Of a stretch of DNA of 42,091 nucleotides, positions 40,394 through 42,091 are shown piece by piece (the first letter of the stretch is position 1; every line of letters begins with the position of its first letter). Origin of the DNA: Candidatus Gastranaerophilales bacterium. Its GTDB lineage: Bacteria > Cyanobacteriota > Vampirovibrionia > Gastranaerophilales > Gastranaerophilaceae. The notes beneath the pieces were generated by a model, which was not told the DNA's origin, ran no database searches, and worked only from the letters and a program-made list of their open reading frames with translations. Position numbers and translations under genes: made by a program. The stretch spans positions 1 to 42,091 of the forward strand of contig CALUYR010000309.1 in NCBI GenBank assembly GCA_944325045.1. The letters run 5' to 3'.

Positions 40394-42061
40394 ATGGCTG
40401 TATGGAATGACGAAAACAAACTTTTAGTAGATTGCAGCGAAGTAAAGGACATACCTTTTGAGTTTAAGATTTTTAATGAAAAGGATTTGATTGTTTCCTT
40501 GATAAATCAAGAAACTTCGGAAGAAACACTATTAACGCTGCATACTGATTATGAAATTGAAATAAGCAGGATTGAGGACGGCGGAACATTAAAGCTCAAT
40601 GAGGTTCACCCCGGATATAACTGTTATGCTTACAGAGAAATTCCGCTTATTCAACCGGAAGAAATCCCAACAGAAGGGAATTTTCCGGAAGAAACCATTG
40701 AGAATGCTTTTGATAGAGGCGTAATGATAAGTCAGCAGTTGCAGGAGCAAATAGACAGATGTTTAAAGATTCCGGGCTTTTCATCTATTTCGGAGATTAA
40801 CTTTGAAGAGCCGCAAGACGGAAAAGCTTTAATATACGATATTGAGGGAAACACTGCTACTATCAAGAACTCTCAATATAATCCGGACGAGGTTGTTGAA
40901 GAATGTCAAGCACAAGTTGCTTTAGCAGAAGCACAGGCGGATAGATCCGAATTAAATGCAGAAGCCGCCGCGGCTATCACAGGACAATTCCCGGCGTCCG
41001 TAAGCCTTACAACTTGGGCGAGATTAAATAACGGCGAGATTTTTAACTTACCGTTTGACAGTGTAAAGGCTGATGTTAATAGATTTATTGAGTATGCAGA
41101 CAAACGTAAACTTAAAATTTTGAAAAACACTTTTATCAGACTGGATATAACAACTGAAACAGATAGCGGCAGTACAAGTGAATCGCGTTTATTTTGTGTC
41201 TGGGAAGATCAAACGCTAAACGTAGAGGATTTGCTCGATACAGGAGAAACGCTTACAAACGGTAAGGATTATAGTATATTCTTAGTTCCTGATGATACAG
41301 CAACAAATAGCATAGGAATTAAGGTATCTCTGAATAAAACAGCGCCTACAGGGTATAGTGCATTGAATACTAGACGTATAGGCGGATTCCATACGCTATG
41401 TGTTGACGCCGGAACAATTGAGGGTCACGATTTAAGCGGTTGGCTTGCCGGTGATATTTTACCTTTATCAGTATGGACGTTATGGCATAGACCTATTTGC
41501 AGCCCTTCCGGTATGCGTTATGTTCCGGAATTAGACGGCTGGAAAACTATTTACATGCAATCCGGAACGGGTACAAATACCGTTTTTGAATACGGTGCTA
41601 CGCATACCAGATCACGTGATTACTGGGGGCATGAGTTTGATGTAGGCATGGTCGGAATGGAACTTATATCAAGTTTAGCATTTACCGTATCCGCACAAGG
41701 AGTTGAACCGTTAAAAGCTATTCAAGGAAAAGCGGAAAGTTATTGTTTAACTGCCGGTGGTCATGTTAATGAAAGCGGACGCCGTATATTATCAAACGGC
41801 GGTGATGAAGATGATGTCGGTGTATTATGGCAAGTAACAAGTCATATTGCGGCTACAGGCGGCTCAAACTGGGCGCAAGCCGGATCATTTAATGATACGA
41901 AAGCATATCAATATGGCTCTTGTATGCGTTTGATGGTTGGCGGGTCTTGGGCTGACTCCGGCTACACTGGTCCTTCGTGTCGTGGTGGTAGCCCGGCTCT
42001 GTATCTGCACACGCATGTCGGCGCGCGCGGGTGGTGCCGTCCTTTACGGAGTAAACAATAA
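40394..42061 (+). CDS. Tail fibre / receptor-binding protein, DGR target (Mtd-like, C-type-lectin-fold C-terminus)
   Basis: It is the last late gene. The C-terminus ...VGGSWADSGYTGPSCRGGSPALYLHTHVGARGWCRPL is encoded by the VR. Confidence 0.85.
   Translation: MAVWNDENKLLVDCSEVKDIPFEFKIFNEKDLIVSLINQETSEETLLTLHTDYEIEISRIEDGGTLKLNEVHPGYNCYAYREIPLIQPEEIPTEGNFPEETIENAFDRGVMISQQLQEQIDRCLKIPGFSSISEINFEEPQDGKALIYDIEGNTATIKNSQYNPDEVVEECQAQVALAEAQADRSELNAEAAAAITGQFPASVSLTTWARLNNGEIFNLPFDSVKADVNRFIEYADKRKLKILKNTFIRLDITTETDSGSTSESRLFCVWEDQTLNVEDLLDTGETLTNGKDYSIFLVPDDTATNSIGIKVSLNKTAPTGYSALNTRRIGGFHTLCVDAGTIEGHDLSGWLAGDILPLSVWTLWHRPICSPSGMRYVPELDGWKTIYMQSGTGTNTVFEYGATHTRSRDYWGHEFDVGMVGMELISSLAFTVSAQGVEPLKAIQGKAESYCLTAGGHVNESGRRILSNGGDEDDVGVLWQVTSHIAATGGSNWAQAGSFNDTKAYQYGSCMRLMVGGSWADSGYTGPSCRGGSPALYLHTHVGARGWCRPLRSKQ
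41926..42034 (+). repeat. DGR variable repeat (VR), followed by an IMH-like flank
   Basis: Aligns to TR 110-221 and differs only at TR adenine positions plus one codon deletion. It ends in gtcggcgcgcgcGggtgg. Homology to the TR is lost from 42035 onward. Confidence 0.92.
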
Positions 42062-42091
42062 ATAAGGTTATAAAGAGGACAAGTACGACTT
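42015..42091. repeat. Terminal direct repeat (right copy), identical to 1-77
   Basis: Direct comparison. Confidence 0.95.

Noticed and set aside
42037-42049. Hairpin downstream of the VR, considered as the DGR target-recognition cruciform.
   Set aside because: It has only a 4-bp stem (ccgt/acgg), too weak to call. It is noted inside the VR finding but not annotated as a feature.
1-42091. Stop-codon reassignment (suggested by the two in-frame gene fusions).
   Set aside because: Recoding would fragment ORFs, not fuse them. All large genes read through cleanly in the standard code with all three stop codons used at sensible gene ends.

Overview
The window is a complete, AT-rich tailed-phage genome of about 42.0 kb. 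Bases 1-77 are identical to 42015-42091, so the contig closes on itself and the unique length is 42,014 bp. Strong Shine-Dalgarno sites precede almost every gene, and long ORFs read cleanly in the standard code. There are four transcription blocks. (i) A leftward early/replication operon (19773 down to 4494) encodes a J-domain/ArdC-like protein, Dam-like and C5 DNA methyltransferases, a dNTP diphosphohydrolase-like protein, a Prim-Pol/D5-like primase-helicase, an SNF2 helicase, a Cas4-like PD-(D/E)XK nuclease, a DUF2815-like SSB, family A DNA polymerase and a RuvC-like resolvase. (ii) A small rightward HTH regulator (19932-20177) is followed by a 1.7-kb ORF-free region full of repeats. (iii) A rightward late operon (21900-42061) runs from terminase, portal, scaffold and capsid through tubular-tail and large internal virion proteins to the tail fibre. 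There is no tape measure, tube or sheath, so the virion is probably podovirus-like. (iv) A short rightward block (2612-4469) holds a T7-lysozyme-sized amidase. The main finding is a compact diversity-generating retroelement (DGR) that straddles the contig junction: VR at the 3' end of the tail-fibre gene (41926-42034), TR at 110-221 and RT at 356-1753. All 13 TR/VR substitutions fall on TR adenines. No Avd accessory gene is recognisable, and the RT ORF carries an unusual C-terminal extension. Other notable observations are a 17-nt motif (ATTGTCGAACACAAAAA) present 12 times and always co-oriented with the downstream gene, a C5-methyltransferase split by a frameshift in a G10 homopolymer, a J-domain/ArdC-N fusion protein, an SNF2 ORF fused in frame to a downstream gene that keeps its own RBS, and candidate origin, packaging and small-RNA elements in the non-coding region. 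No integrase, tRNA or CRISPR array was seen.
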